Shown one piece after another: positions 12,001 through 23,000 of a DNA stretch of 40,555 bases. The translations under genes were made by a program, and so were the position numbers. Every line of letters starts with the position of its first letter. Position 1 is the first letter of the stretch. The notes under the pieces are model-generated. The model had not been told where the DNA came from. It did no database searches and saw only the letters and a list, made by a program, of their open reading frames with translations. Source of the stretch: Reclinomonas americana ATCC 50394 (taxonomy: Eukaryota); assembly GCA_048213135.1 (NCBI GenBank), contig PS015218.1:13269-53823 (forward strand). The letters run 5' to 3'.

Positions 12001-15000
12001 TCAAACCGGGTGGAAGTGCCATGTCGCAGTTTGGCGATGCTGCACCTGGCCAGCAGCTGATCCTCGGTCTGCATTGTTGACATGTTATGCCGCCTTTTAT
12101 CACTCGTTTGCTGACTTTTTCTCCCTTTCCATTCCTCAGTGTCGACGGGTGCTGTGTCGCCAACACTGATGGTCACTGACAGTTTATCAAAGACACTCGT
12201 CGTCCCGGGTCTGTTCCTGAACGCCTCGCGCGATTCGTTTGCCTTGGTGGCAGCCGATGCGTCGTGCTCGAGCGCATCGACAGTCCCCGTCGGCTCTGTC
12301 ACAGTGGATGCGGCCACCAGTTCGTCCACCCAACTCGTGCTGCGGGCAGCTGTGTCCTCGTCGGCGACTCCATCTCCCGGTGCGCCAGCGGCATTGCAGC
12401 TGTGCATACGCAACTCGGCAGCTGCCAATCCCGCATTTGCGTGGACACCAGTCGGCGCGGCTGCTGGTGCTGGACTGAATGTCATTACTTTGGGTATGTC
12501 ACGTATTTGTCCCGTACGTCGAAGGCTGGATGAGGATGTCTGACTATTGCACTGTTCGCAGCTCGGCCGACGGCGCTGACTCCCGTGGCGATTCCTCGCC
12601 TGCTAACCGTTCCTGCCACGTTCTCGCTCTTGTCCGTCAGCGTCACCATCAGTGGCATCAACTTGACGGTGGGTACGGATGTGGCGGTGGTTCCGTGGAA
12701 CGTGGACTGCAGTCCGGCTGCCCCGCTGGTTCCATCCATGCTCAACGCTGTGGCCACGACACTGGATGCGAGCGGTGTGCCCTCGACATTGGTGGTGAAA
12801 GTCACGATTCCCGTAACTGCCACAGCGCAGTCGTACCACGTATGTATGCGACCGGCCAGCGCCGATCCCGCAGTGCAGTGGGGCGCAGTGGCGGACAACA
12901 CTGCGTTGCAGCTCGGTGAGGCGATTCATGCGGTAGTTGAGTATTGCGGAGTGTTGTGTTCTCACCACGTCCGTCGCTCACAGTGTCGGTGGATGACTTG
13001 GCATCGCACCGTGTCATCCGAGACAGCACGTCGTACACACTGACTGTCATTGGTGTCAACTTGAGTGCCGACCGAGAGCGCTTCCAAATCGTGGCCGCCA
13101 CTGACTCGTGTGTTGCTGGTGTGGCAGTGGGCACTGTTGGTGTGCCCAGTGGGGGTGGCAATCGACTGCTGGTTGCGTTCTTCGTGGATGGAAATTCGAT
13201 GTTGCACGTTGAAATTTATGTCGCATCTCGCAGGTGCCGTACACCCTCGGCGGCGCGCCTGCATCGGTGGCCCGTCGGCTGCAGCTGTGTGTGCGACACG
13301 CGTACACGTGGTATCCGTTCTCCACGATCAGCGGCAACCTGCTGTTCATGTCAACCATCCAGCTGCAGATGCTTGGCACAACGCGTCTGGCCTCGTCGGC
13401 AATGCCAGGTTCCTCACTTCTGTAGATTGACTTTTATGGCGATGTCGCACTCAACATGTGTGCTTTCATCGATACAGTGGCATACTACGGTCAGGAACCG
13501 CTCTCGCTGATGTGGTCGTGCGAGAATCCGACTGTGGCCACGGCCAATGTCGACCTGCTGTTCCAGCAGCGACCTTCTTCCAATAGCACGAGCACTACGG
13601 TGGCTGTCAGTGTGCACAGTGCCACCGTTTGTGACGGCACGTTTGGTAATGGCGTGGGGTGGAACGTCCCGTCGTCACCACCTGTCGGTCTTGTATCCAC
13701 GGCCATTATTCCGTCGCTGGCGGCCTCCGAGACGGTCGAGTTTACCATCGTTCTCGACGATGGTGTTGTTGGTATTTTCTCGGTGGTGCTTGTCGGTACG
13801 GCAAGAAATCGAGCCTGTGCTTTTCTTGAAGAGTGCTTGACTGACTTTCTCGGTGTGTGTGCCTCACAGAACGCGCCATTACCGTGGTGGAACCGATCCC
13901 GCACCTGGTGCTCACTCGCCTCGATGCATACCATCCGGTGTGGATGTGCAATTGGCCTGAGGTCACCACGGTCAATCTGCGGCTTGTGCGCGTTGGTGGC
14001 TCCTTCCATCAGTTCCCTGTGGCTGGTCAGTAGGTGTTGCTCGTTTGCAGCTTGAAGCGCTGCTCAAGATGTATTTATCATGCCTGGCAGACTATGTCCT
14101 GTCTGTTTGCGACGGAGCATTCCGCAACGTTCTGTCAAGCAATTTCACAGTCTCTGTCGACGCCGTGTCCGGTCAAGATACCTATGCTCTGATTGTGGAC
14201 GACGCGCCGAGTAAGCGAGTGACAGGCTGGGCCGTTTATGGAGTGGCAGGTGTGCTATGGTGCCTCCTCCTCATCTGCACCACTCTTCACTCTGACTTTT
14301 GCGTTTGCGCGCGTAGCTCCCCTCATTGCGGTGACGACGCCAGTGGAGGGAACAATCCTGTCTACCACATCTACAGTTCCCATCACATTTACGTGTAACC
14401 GTGCGGCGATGCGCGTAGGCACTGTGATTCTGCTGGGTGCGTCCCACCAGTAGCGATTGTCGTTGGAAGTCGCGTGCATGTGCTCATTTGCGTGACTGCC
14501 AATGCAGAACAACAATATGCGGTCGATACATTCGGCACAATCTTCGATCCGGCTGACAGCTCACTGCCGATTGCTGGAGGCAGTCGCAGTCTGAACTTGG
14601 CAGATCCGCGCATCCTACTTCGCTTCGAAGTTCCTGCCCTCTGTGGTGCCGGCGCATCGCTCAATGTTCTCAACTGGATTCCTGATTCGATGAGGCACGT
14701 CGTTGAAGTGATCAGCTCACGCGTGTGCTATCGTGGGCTCACTTGTGTTATGGTGCGCAGCAACTCAACGTCGGGATCTGCTGCCGCGGCTTCTTCCAGC
14801 TCGCTCTCACGCTCCGAAACCGACGTCGTCACTCCGCCACCGTCAGGGTGGGACGGTCCGCGTTTGTTGCGCGCGTGGGTGCTCGATGTGGCCAACACAC
14901 AAGCGCCGCTTGTCGGTGGCAGTGGCCGCTTCCGCCTGGTGCGCACGGTGATGACCAGCAACGGCGTGCAGGTCGGCGTCGGTGCCGACTCGGACGTGCA

Positions 15001-18000
15001 GATCACTGCCGATGGACAGGTGGTTGTCTCCCCGGCGACGACGCCTGCTGCTGGTGGCAGTGGCAGTGGAGGAGATGATGTGTCGGGCGGCGGCGGCGGA
15101 GCAGCCATGTGTGGCAGCTTGCGCTGCTGGCTGTGGGCCGTGATTGCAGTGTCGGCGGTGCTTCTTATTGGTCTCCACGTCATTTGGTTTATGTACTGCT
15201 GGCGCCACCGCCGCCATGCCGACGAGAAGGAACTGCAGGCCCAGTGTGCGTTGCTCTTCTCTCGTCTTTTGTTGTCTCTTCCGTTGCAGTCGTTTATAAG
15301 CATGTGTGTAGTGATGGCCTACGATGATGCTGCGGTGGACATGGACGCTGGAGTTGACGATGCCAATCGCCATGCGTACGTCGACGACTGGGATGCTGGT
15401 CGAGCGCTGGCCTGGGTGGATGCGAGACGCCGTAGTCCGCCGAGGGTGGCTATTGCTGTTGCTGGTGAGAGGGAAGGAGGGGGGAGGAGGGAGGAGGAGA
15501 AGGGGGGAGGAGAAGGGGGGGAGAAGGGGGGAGAAAGGGGGGAAAGGAGAAGGGAGGGGAAGAGGAGGAGAAGGGAGGAGAGAGGGAGGGGGGAATAGGA
15601 GAAGAGGAGGAGAGAGGGAGGGAGGGAGAGGAAGGGGAATGAGATGGAGGGAGGAAAGGAGGCAGGAGGGAAGGGGAAAGTGAGTGAGTGGATGAATGCG
15701 TGCAGTGGACAAATGAGTGCAGTGAGTGAGCGAGTGAGTAAGTGAGTAAGTGAGTGAGTGAGTGAGAGAGTGAGTAAGTGAGTGAGTGAGTGAGTGTGTG
15801 TGTGTGCTTGAGTGAGTGAGTGAGTGAGAGAGTGAGAGAATGAGTGTGTGTGAGAGTGAGTGAGTGAGTGAGAGTGAATGAGAGTGAGTGAGAGAGTGAG
15901 TGAGTGAGTGAGTGTGAGAGTGAGTGGAGTGAGTGAGTGAGTGAGTGAGAAGGAGTCAGTGTGTGTGTGTGTGAGTGAGTGCGTGAGTGCGTGAGTGAGT
16001 GAGTGAGAAGGAGTCAGTGTGTGTGTGAGTGAGTGCGTGAGTGAGTGAGTGAGTGAGCAGAGGAGTGAGTGAGTGAGTGAGTGAGTGAGTGAGTGACTGA
16101 GTGAGTGAGTGAGTGAGTGAGTGAAGGGGAAGAGTGAGGGAAGGGGGAGAAGGGAAGGGGAAGGGGAAGGAGAAGAGGAAGAGGAAGAAGGGAGGGAAGG
16201 GCGTGAGAGTGAGTGAGTGCGTGTGTGTGTGAGTGAGTGAGTGCGTGCGTGAGTGAGTGAGTGAGAGTGTGAGGGAGGGGAAGGGAGTGAAGGAAGGGAG
16301 GGAAGGGAGGGAAGGGAGGGAAGTGGTGAGCGAGTGAGTGAGTGAGTGAGTGAGGCAAGGGGAAGAGAGTGAGGGAAGGGAGGGACGAGAGGGAAATGAG
16401 TGAGTACGTAAGTGAGAGAGTGAGAGAAAGTGAGTTTGAGTGAGCATTGAGTGCGTTGGGTTGACGCTAGTGTGCGAGACTGCATGAGGAATGTGTGTGT
16501 GACCGAGGATGGGAAGCATGCTAGAGAAGAATGATTGCGTTGAGTTGATTCTCATATGTGTATGTATGTATGTATGTGTGTGTGCGTGTGTGCATGTCAC
16601 CGGCGTTTGTTGCCTGATCCTGCCGCGTTGTTAACAATGTCGTGTGTTGTGTGTGGTAGATGCTGAGCAATCGCCAAATCTCGATGTCCCGCAAGTGATG
16701 TACAACAGGGCTGTCAGTGTGATGTCGGTTAGTTTTGTTGTGGCGCGTGCATCACTGCTGCAATTCATCGATGGCCCACTCGCGTATGATTCCTCGCTGC
16801 CGCGCAGACACCACAGGTTGTGTCGTCGCTTACCGTGCCGGAATACAAAGCGCGCGCTTTCCAATGGTTTGCTCCGAGCACCACGCTGTTTAAGCCCCCT
16901 CCTGCGCCGCAGCGGATTACGCAAGCACCGCCGCCACCCGACACAGGTGCCACGATTTTTTTAGTCCACACCAAGTTTACTCTCACTGTCTCACGCTACA
17001 TTCGGAAACGTGTGTGCAGCAATCACGGACCCGGCGGCGTTGGCTGTATACAATGCGCGACAAGCAGCGTACCAGGTGCGAGCTCGCCTGGCGGCACTCG
17101 CGGCCATGATGTCAGCCGCTGAAAATGCGCGGCGGCGTGTTCGTGACAGTTGCGGCTCTGGCACTGATGTTCCCACAGTCTCGATGTGTAGAACTGAAGT
17201 AAGTGATGCGGGCACAGCATCGAACGCCGAGTTTGTTCTCGACATGTCTCGCGGCAATCTGCATCCGCCACCTGCTCAGGAGCGTCCGGTGCAGCCAGTA
17301 GGTGGAGTACATTTGCTTCCCTTGTGTGTTTTTATTGTCTTGCAGTCATTTCACGCTGTCTCGTCGCCGATGACAGTGCCACTTGGGCAAGCGCAAGCGT
17401 CATCATACTCGCCACCGCCCCGTCCGCCGCCACCACCTCCGCCTTCGCCCAACGAAAATGACTTTTTACTGCCACTTCGGCAGTTGCTGGAGCGAGCGCG
17501 CATGCGGGAAGCCCGAATGCGTTCTGCACACAGTCACAACGTGACCGTGCGGCCGATACCGGCACGCAGTCCCTCCTCCTCCAGCGAGAACAGTAATGAT
17601 GGAGAATCGCAGACGATGGTGGCCTCTGCGTGGCCGCAGGTCATTGATCAGCGATTCATGGCGACGGCACCAGCGGAGTCTGCATGGCCGATTTTTCATC
17701 GACGTACAGTACCGTCCGCATTGCAGTCTCCAACGTCACCTTCGGCGCACCCGCTGTTGCTCGGCGGCAGTGATGGCGTCGGCTCGCCCGTGGGGATCGC
17801 AAGAGTTGCTTGGCCACATGCCGCTCATGAGCACGCGCCAGTGGTGCAGTCTGCTCATCCACCGCAACATAGAGGCAGGAACGGGATGAATAGTTGCGTT
17901 GTTCATTCGTCCCACACAGCAACGCCTGCGTGCCTTATTATGTTCCTTTTCGTGCATACTGGTGCAGCGATGCAGCGACGGCATCGCGTCCGACCGCCTC

Positions 18001-18041
18001 GTCCGCAGCGGCAGCTGCAAAGTGAGGTGGAGCGCGAATAA
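1..18041 (+). CDS. Giant single-pass membrane protein (5'-incomplete, ~60 introns): >=26 cadherin-like repeats, ~6 IPT/TIG-like domains, further beta-rich domains, TM helix, Pro/Ser-rich cytoplasmic tail
   Basis: Frame-continuous exon chain, e.g. 1-35, 102-380, 436-714, 784-1062, 1122-1397, 1462-1743, 1804-1897, 1970-2290, 2354-2505, 2570-2696, 2775-2926 ... 10427-10720, 10810-11034 ... 14761-~15245, ~15312-15464, 16660-16727, 16808-16946, 17020-~17301, ~17377-17892, 17968-18041 (TAA). Repeat consensus NVxPTxxxLSxxTYxPPxxxxNTVVGTLSAxDxNxxxTFTYSIVGGAxxxLFxIxGNQLxxxxAGQxGxxLQVxVRxTDxxGxSxDxxFTINE. Exons after 15245 are less certain. Confidence 0.8.
102..10720 (+). repeat. Array of >=26 tandem ~93-aa cadherin-like domains, mostly delimited by phase-1 introns
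   Basis: The first three complete exons are each exactly 279 nt. The repeats show the PT..LS, GTLSAxDxN, YSI, LF.I.G..L, V.V..TD.G and F.I.E pattern typical of cadherin/cadherin-like folds. The array is interrupted by gaps 4520-5116 and 6978-7205. Confidence 0.85.
10810..13408 (+). other. About six IPT/TIG-like Ig-fold domains of the giant protein
   Basis: Repeated pattern (I/V)xxxxPxxxxxxxxxxxxTVxGxNL...C...Y/LxVC, e.g. VVISSIVPNVLSVGTSPLSVQLVGAHL and VRAAALIPNAVVADESAKRITVQGNGL. Phase-1 introns lie at most domain borders. The fold assignment is by eye. Confidence 0.5.
15128..15202 (+). other. Transmembrane helix of the giant repeat protein
   Basis: WLWAVIAVSAVLLIGLHVIWFMYCW, preceded by a Gly/Ser linker and followed by RHRRH (positive-inside rule). 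Confidence 0.8.
15465..16659 (+). repeat. Long intron filled with a purine-rich (GGA/GAGG) tract, (GAGT)n and (GT)n microsatellites
   Basis: Donor g|GTGAGA at 15465, TTAAC at 16631 and TAG acceptor at 16657-16659. The phase joins ...VA(G|AT)AEQSPNL. The interior is low complexity. Confidence 0.75.
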
Positions 18042-18311
18042 AGTCCATGGTAAAAGCGGGAAATGTGGGGGATAACGGAGAGAAACGGGAATGCACGCGA
18101 GTGGGAGAGTGCGAACTTGGGAATAATTAGCTAAGTATGGTATACTATGGTTTCTGAATGTGAAGAACGAGCAGTCGACATAGTATTTGTCTCCTACTCG
18201 TTCTTCTTTCATTTTGCTTATTTGAGTGATGACACGAAACATGGAGGGGCGTCGTCATACACGGTCACAATCGGCAACGCAACCACTATTGGTACTGTCA
18301 CCCAGCATGTC

Positions 18312-20422
18312 ATGCTCATATCCATCATCCTTCTCATTCTCCTGCATCTGTCCGTAGTCACTGGCGCAACAACATCGAGTACAATCGGTCTTCGCGTCGG
18401 TTTGTCCGGACAAGTGGTGGTGTTGACGGTGCCAGTGGCCTCGTTCCCCTTTGCCACGCCGTCATTTACACTGTTCAAGAACGCCGACTGCCGCGGAAAT
18501 GTGACCACCATTATTAGCGGCTTCAACATCGCGTCTGATGGCACGACCTTTACCATCACATGGACATTCGACACGACTGGGGTGCCGACGCCAGCGAAGC
18601 AGCAGTTGTGCCTGTCGTCTACTGACCTGTCAGGCTACTTTAGCATGGCGTCTGTATCCATTTGTTGCGTTCCTGCTGGAGATATTTTACTGTCAAGATT
18701 ACTTCCTTTTCTTCTAACGAGGTGAATATGCAGATCATGTCAAGAGCAACTTCCGCGCCTTCTGTAACGCAGGGTATCCAGTCGCAAACTGTTTTCTTGT
18801 CGGGTGGCGACTTCCCATTGCTGGCTACAAGTGCCGCCAATGGCAGTAATCCAGTCACACCTGGCGGCACGCCACTGGCATTCTTCCTCTCACTCGCCAC
18901 CGACTGTTCGTCGATGGACTTGCGGGCGGCTGCCTTTTTGGTCACTGCGGTGTCGCCGACGCGTATTACGGCCACGGTTTCCACCATTTCTGCGGTCTCT
19001 CTCGCCTCGTGCACGCTGGATCCGCCTGGCACGTATCAAATTTGTGGTCGGTGTGTTTCGAAGGGAAAGAGGGAGGGGAGGGGAGGGGAGGGGAGGGGGA
19101 GGGAGACAAAGACAGGGAGGAGGGAGGGGAAAGGGAGGAACGACGGTGAAGAAAGAGAGACAATGGGAGAGAGGGCATTACCCTTGAGAGAGAAATGGGC
19201 GAGGGGAAATGGTGAAAGAGAATTGGCGTGAGATTGGATGGTGTGAGGCAGAAAGAACAAAGCAGTGGGTGCCGGGAGGAGAGGTGAAGGAAAGCGGGAG
19301 AGGCAGGTGAGCCATGAAGTAGACCGTCTGTATGTGCGAGAGACATGGGAGGATGTGAATGAGAGGGTAGCTGTGAGAGGCAAGAGGGCTGAGGAACAGT
19401 AGGGAAAGTGAGTGAGAGGCTGCAGGTGAGCCACGTATGTGCGAGAGATATGCAAGGATGTGAATGAGAGGGCGGCTGCGAGAGGCAAGAGGGCAGAGGA
19501 GCAGTAGGAAAAGTGAGTGAGAGGCTGCAGGTGAGCCACGTATGTGCGAAAGATGCGCGAGGATGTGAATGAGAGGGCGGTTGTGAGAGGCAAGAGGGCT
19601 GAGGAACAGTTGGAAAAGTGAGTGAGAGGCCGCAGGTGAGCCACGTATGTGCGAGAGATATGCGAGGATGTGAATGAGAGGGCGGCTGCGAGAAGCAAGA
19701 GGGCTGAGGAACAGTAGGCCAATGAGAGTGAGAGACTGCATGCGCGAATGAGTGAGACTTTTTGTCATTCTCTTTCATGTTCAACGAGAAAAGTGGAAGG
19801 ATGAGAGAGAATGCGATTGATCTATCGACGTTTCACCACCGTCGACTATTCCACTGACGAAAATATCTGCGCACAGCTTCCAAGACGGCTCGTATGTGCC
19901 TCTCGGTGCGACATTGACCATCACGACCGTCACCGACCCCGATGTCGGCTTCATTTCTCCAAAGTCGTTGCCTCTCGGTGTGCCAACTACGTTGGTGTTG
20001 CATTCACCTTCGCGCACGCTGTCGAATTGTACTCGTTTCAAGGTGGTCGACGCTGGATCCGACTGCAATGGTCCGGCTTCGGGTGAGTGCTGAGAATGAG
20101 AAGATTGCGCGGGCGGTGGGTGGAGGAGATCTTTACTCACGGTTCATCCTCTTTGCATATCTCTCTCTCGTCAGCGGCCCTTGCGCTTACGGCCTTCCAA
20201 GACGGCGTGTTTGATGCGTCGTCATGCTTCTATGGATCTGTTGCTGGCGGCTGTGGACAGTTCAAGGTGCAGCTCACGAGTTCCAAGGCGGTGTATGCCA
20301 CATTCTGTGTGGCGACCACTCCAGGGGCGACATACAAGGCGGTGTCGAACAGCGACATTCATGTTACCTCGGGTATGCTGGTGCAGACGTCGTCGGTGGT
20401 GGCCAACCAGGCGGGGACAATC
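18312..20422 (+). CDS. Secreted/surface protein with signal peptide and IPT-like beta domains resembling those of the upstream gene (3'-incomplete)
   Basis: ATG at 18312 gives the hydrophobic leader MLISIILLILLHLSVVTGA. Exons are ~18312-18653/18663, ~18734/18747-19050, 19877-20082 and 20175-20422. The junction YQICG(R)FQDGSYVPLG spans intron 19051-19876. The last visible donor is GTTGCG at 20423, entering low-complexity DNA. Confidence 0.65.
19330..19735 (+). repeat. Intronic minisatellite, 105-bp unit x ~4
   Basis: gtatgtgcga recurs at 19330, 19435, 19540 and 19645, inside intron 19051-19876. Confidence 0.9.
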
Positions 20423-20430
20423 GTTGCGTG

Positions 20431-22482
20431 GTGAAGAGGGAAGGCGGGGTGAAGAGGGAAGGAAGGTGCAGAGGGAAGGGGGGTGAAGAGGGAAGGGGGA
20501 AAAGAGGGAATGGGGGTGATGAGGGAAGGGGGGAAAGAGGGAAGGAGGGTAGAGAGGGAAGGATGTAAAGAGGGAAGGGGGTGAAGAGGAAAGGGGGTAA
20601 AGAGGGAAGGAGGTAAAGAGGGTAGGAGGAAAAGAGGGAAGGGGAGGAGAGAGGGAATGGGAGGAGGGAGTTTCGACGAGGAGAAGGGAGGGAGATTATG
20701 GGTGATGTGGAAGGATGTGAGGCGAGGAGAAGAGAGGAAAAGAGGGAAGGGGGGGAGGGAAGTGAGTCAAGGAGAAGGGGGGTTTTGAAGGCATTTTGCA
20801 TGGAAGAGACAGAGGGTGGAAGTGTGTTGATGAGAAAGCAAGGGAGAGAGAAACAGACTGAAGAATGTCTGTTGAATTTGTGTGCGTGGCAAGAGAGGAA
20901 AAGGCAGAACAGAGAAAGGGAACAGATTGGCTTTGGAAGTGTGTGGATGGGAACGCGTTGGGGAGTGTGACATGGAGAAATGTGTCTGTGGAGTGTTTGT
21001 GGCGCAAGAGAGGACCGTCAGGGGATGAATAGGTTGTGGTAGTGTGTAGATGGGGATGCAAACGATTGAGAGAATGAGAGTGCCAAGAATGGAAAGGAGA
21101 AGGAGGAGGAAAGGAGACGGATTGGTTGTGGCAGTGAGTGTGTTGATGTGGATGTGAAGGAGAGAGAAACAGAGAGAAGTGTGTCGGTGGAGATTGGGTG
21201 GCAAGAGAGAATCGTTAAAGGGGGGATGTGACGGATTGGTTGTGGTTGAAAGTGCGTGGATGGATGCAAGGAAGAGAAAACCAAAGAAAAGTGAGTTCGA
21301 GGAGATTGCTTGTGGCATGCGAAGAAATACAGAGGGAGGAGGGAAAGGAGTTGTCGTGGTAGATATTGTGCGGATGGATGCAAGGGAGAGGAGTATGGGT
21401 GACAGAGAGAATCAACAGAGGGGGAAAGAAAATGATACGTTGTTAAAGTCTGTGTGGATGGATACAAGGGAGAGGAGAAGACTGTCTGTGGAAATATATG
21501 CGTGTGACATAGAGAATCGACAGAAGGGGGATGGAGCGGATTGATTGCGGTTGAGGGTGTACACATGGGAATGCATTGGAGAGAGAAACAAAGAGGTGTG
21601 TGTGTGGCAAGGGAGGATCATCAGACGTGGGAAGGGAAATGATACCTTCTTGTGGCAGTGTGGATGAGAATGCATTGGAGAGATAGTAAGAATGAGACGT
21701 GTGGCGTGGAGGCAGTGCGTGTGGTAAGAGGGGATCGTCAGAGGTGGGAAGGGAAATGATACTTTGTGGCAGTGTGGATGAGAATGCATTGGAGAGATAG
21801 TAACAAAAAGAAGTGTGCCGTGGAGGCTGTGTGTGTGGCAAGTCAGAGGGGGAAAGGGATAGCATACGTTGTGGTAGTGTGTGGATCGGATGCCATCGAG
21901 AGGGTTACAAAGCGAGCGCTGTCAATGGAGGTTGATTCTGTATGCGAGAGAAAAGTTGGAGGGAGAGGAGAGGAAGGACAGTTTGTCAATACTTGCGGTA
22001 TTGTGTGACGACGGTAAGAAGGAGAGAGTGAGATAGGAGGAGGGCGTCAGTGGAGATTGGTCTTGTCCTACGAGAGTGAGAGACCGATTGGGAGAAGAAA
22101 GGATTAGTTGTTCTCATGTGTGCTGTGAATGTACCCCGATGAGGGCACGGGTTGTGGGTGACAGGAGTGGAAGACTTGAGGAGGGGAATGGCTGAGACTT
22201 TTGGGAGTGTGTGCTTGGGGATTCAACAGATGAGTGACATAGAGGATTGAAAGTCAACTCTGCGTGCAAGGAGGAGGTGCACGTGGGGGACAGACGGGAA
22301 ATGTTGAGGTGCTGTTGATGAGAGAAACAACAACAAGTGAGTGAATCAGAGAGTTTATGTGTGAAACAGAGAGGAGTGACGGAGGAGCGGGTTGGATATC
22401 ATGGCATTTTCGATCACGTGGTGTCCACGCCGTACTTGCTGACGTTTGCTTCCTGGTGTTACGCACCCCACGCCCCCCCCCC
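20431..22482 (+). repeat. Purine-rich low-complexity DNA with degenerate ~100-115-bp tandem repeats (probably intronic)
   Basis: GAAGAGGGAAGG-type runs at 20431-20790; gaatgcattggagaga recurs near 21569, 21668 and 21782. Confidence 0.7.
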
Positions 22483-23000
22483 NNNNNNNNNNNNNNNNNN
22501 NNNNNNNNNNNNNNNNNNNNNNNNNNNNNNNNNNNNNNNNNNNNNNNNNNNNNNNNNNNNNNNNNNNNNNNNNNNNNNNNNNNNNNNNNNNNNNNNNNNN
22601 NNNNNNNNNNNNNNNNNNNNNNNNNNNNNNNNNNNNNNNNNNNNNNNNNNNNNNNNNNNNNNNNNNNNNNNNNNNNNNNNNNNNNNNNNNNNNNNNNNNN
22701 NNNNNNNNNNNNNNNNNNNNNNNNNNNNNNNNNNNNNNNNNNNNNNNNNNNNNNNNNNNNNNNNNNNNNNNNNNNNNNNNNNNNNNNNNNNNNNNNNNNN
22801 NNNNNNNNNNNNNNNNNNNNNNNNNNNNNNNNNCCACACCTCCCCCACTCCTCTCTCCCTTGCCCTCCCTCCCTCCCTCCCTTCCTCCTTGCCCTCCCTT
22901 CCCTCCACCCCCACTTGCCGCACAAGTTCTCTGTTTTCATTCCTTTCCTGTGTACTTCCCCTTCCTCCTTACCCTCCCGTCTCCTTTCTCGCCCCACTAC

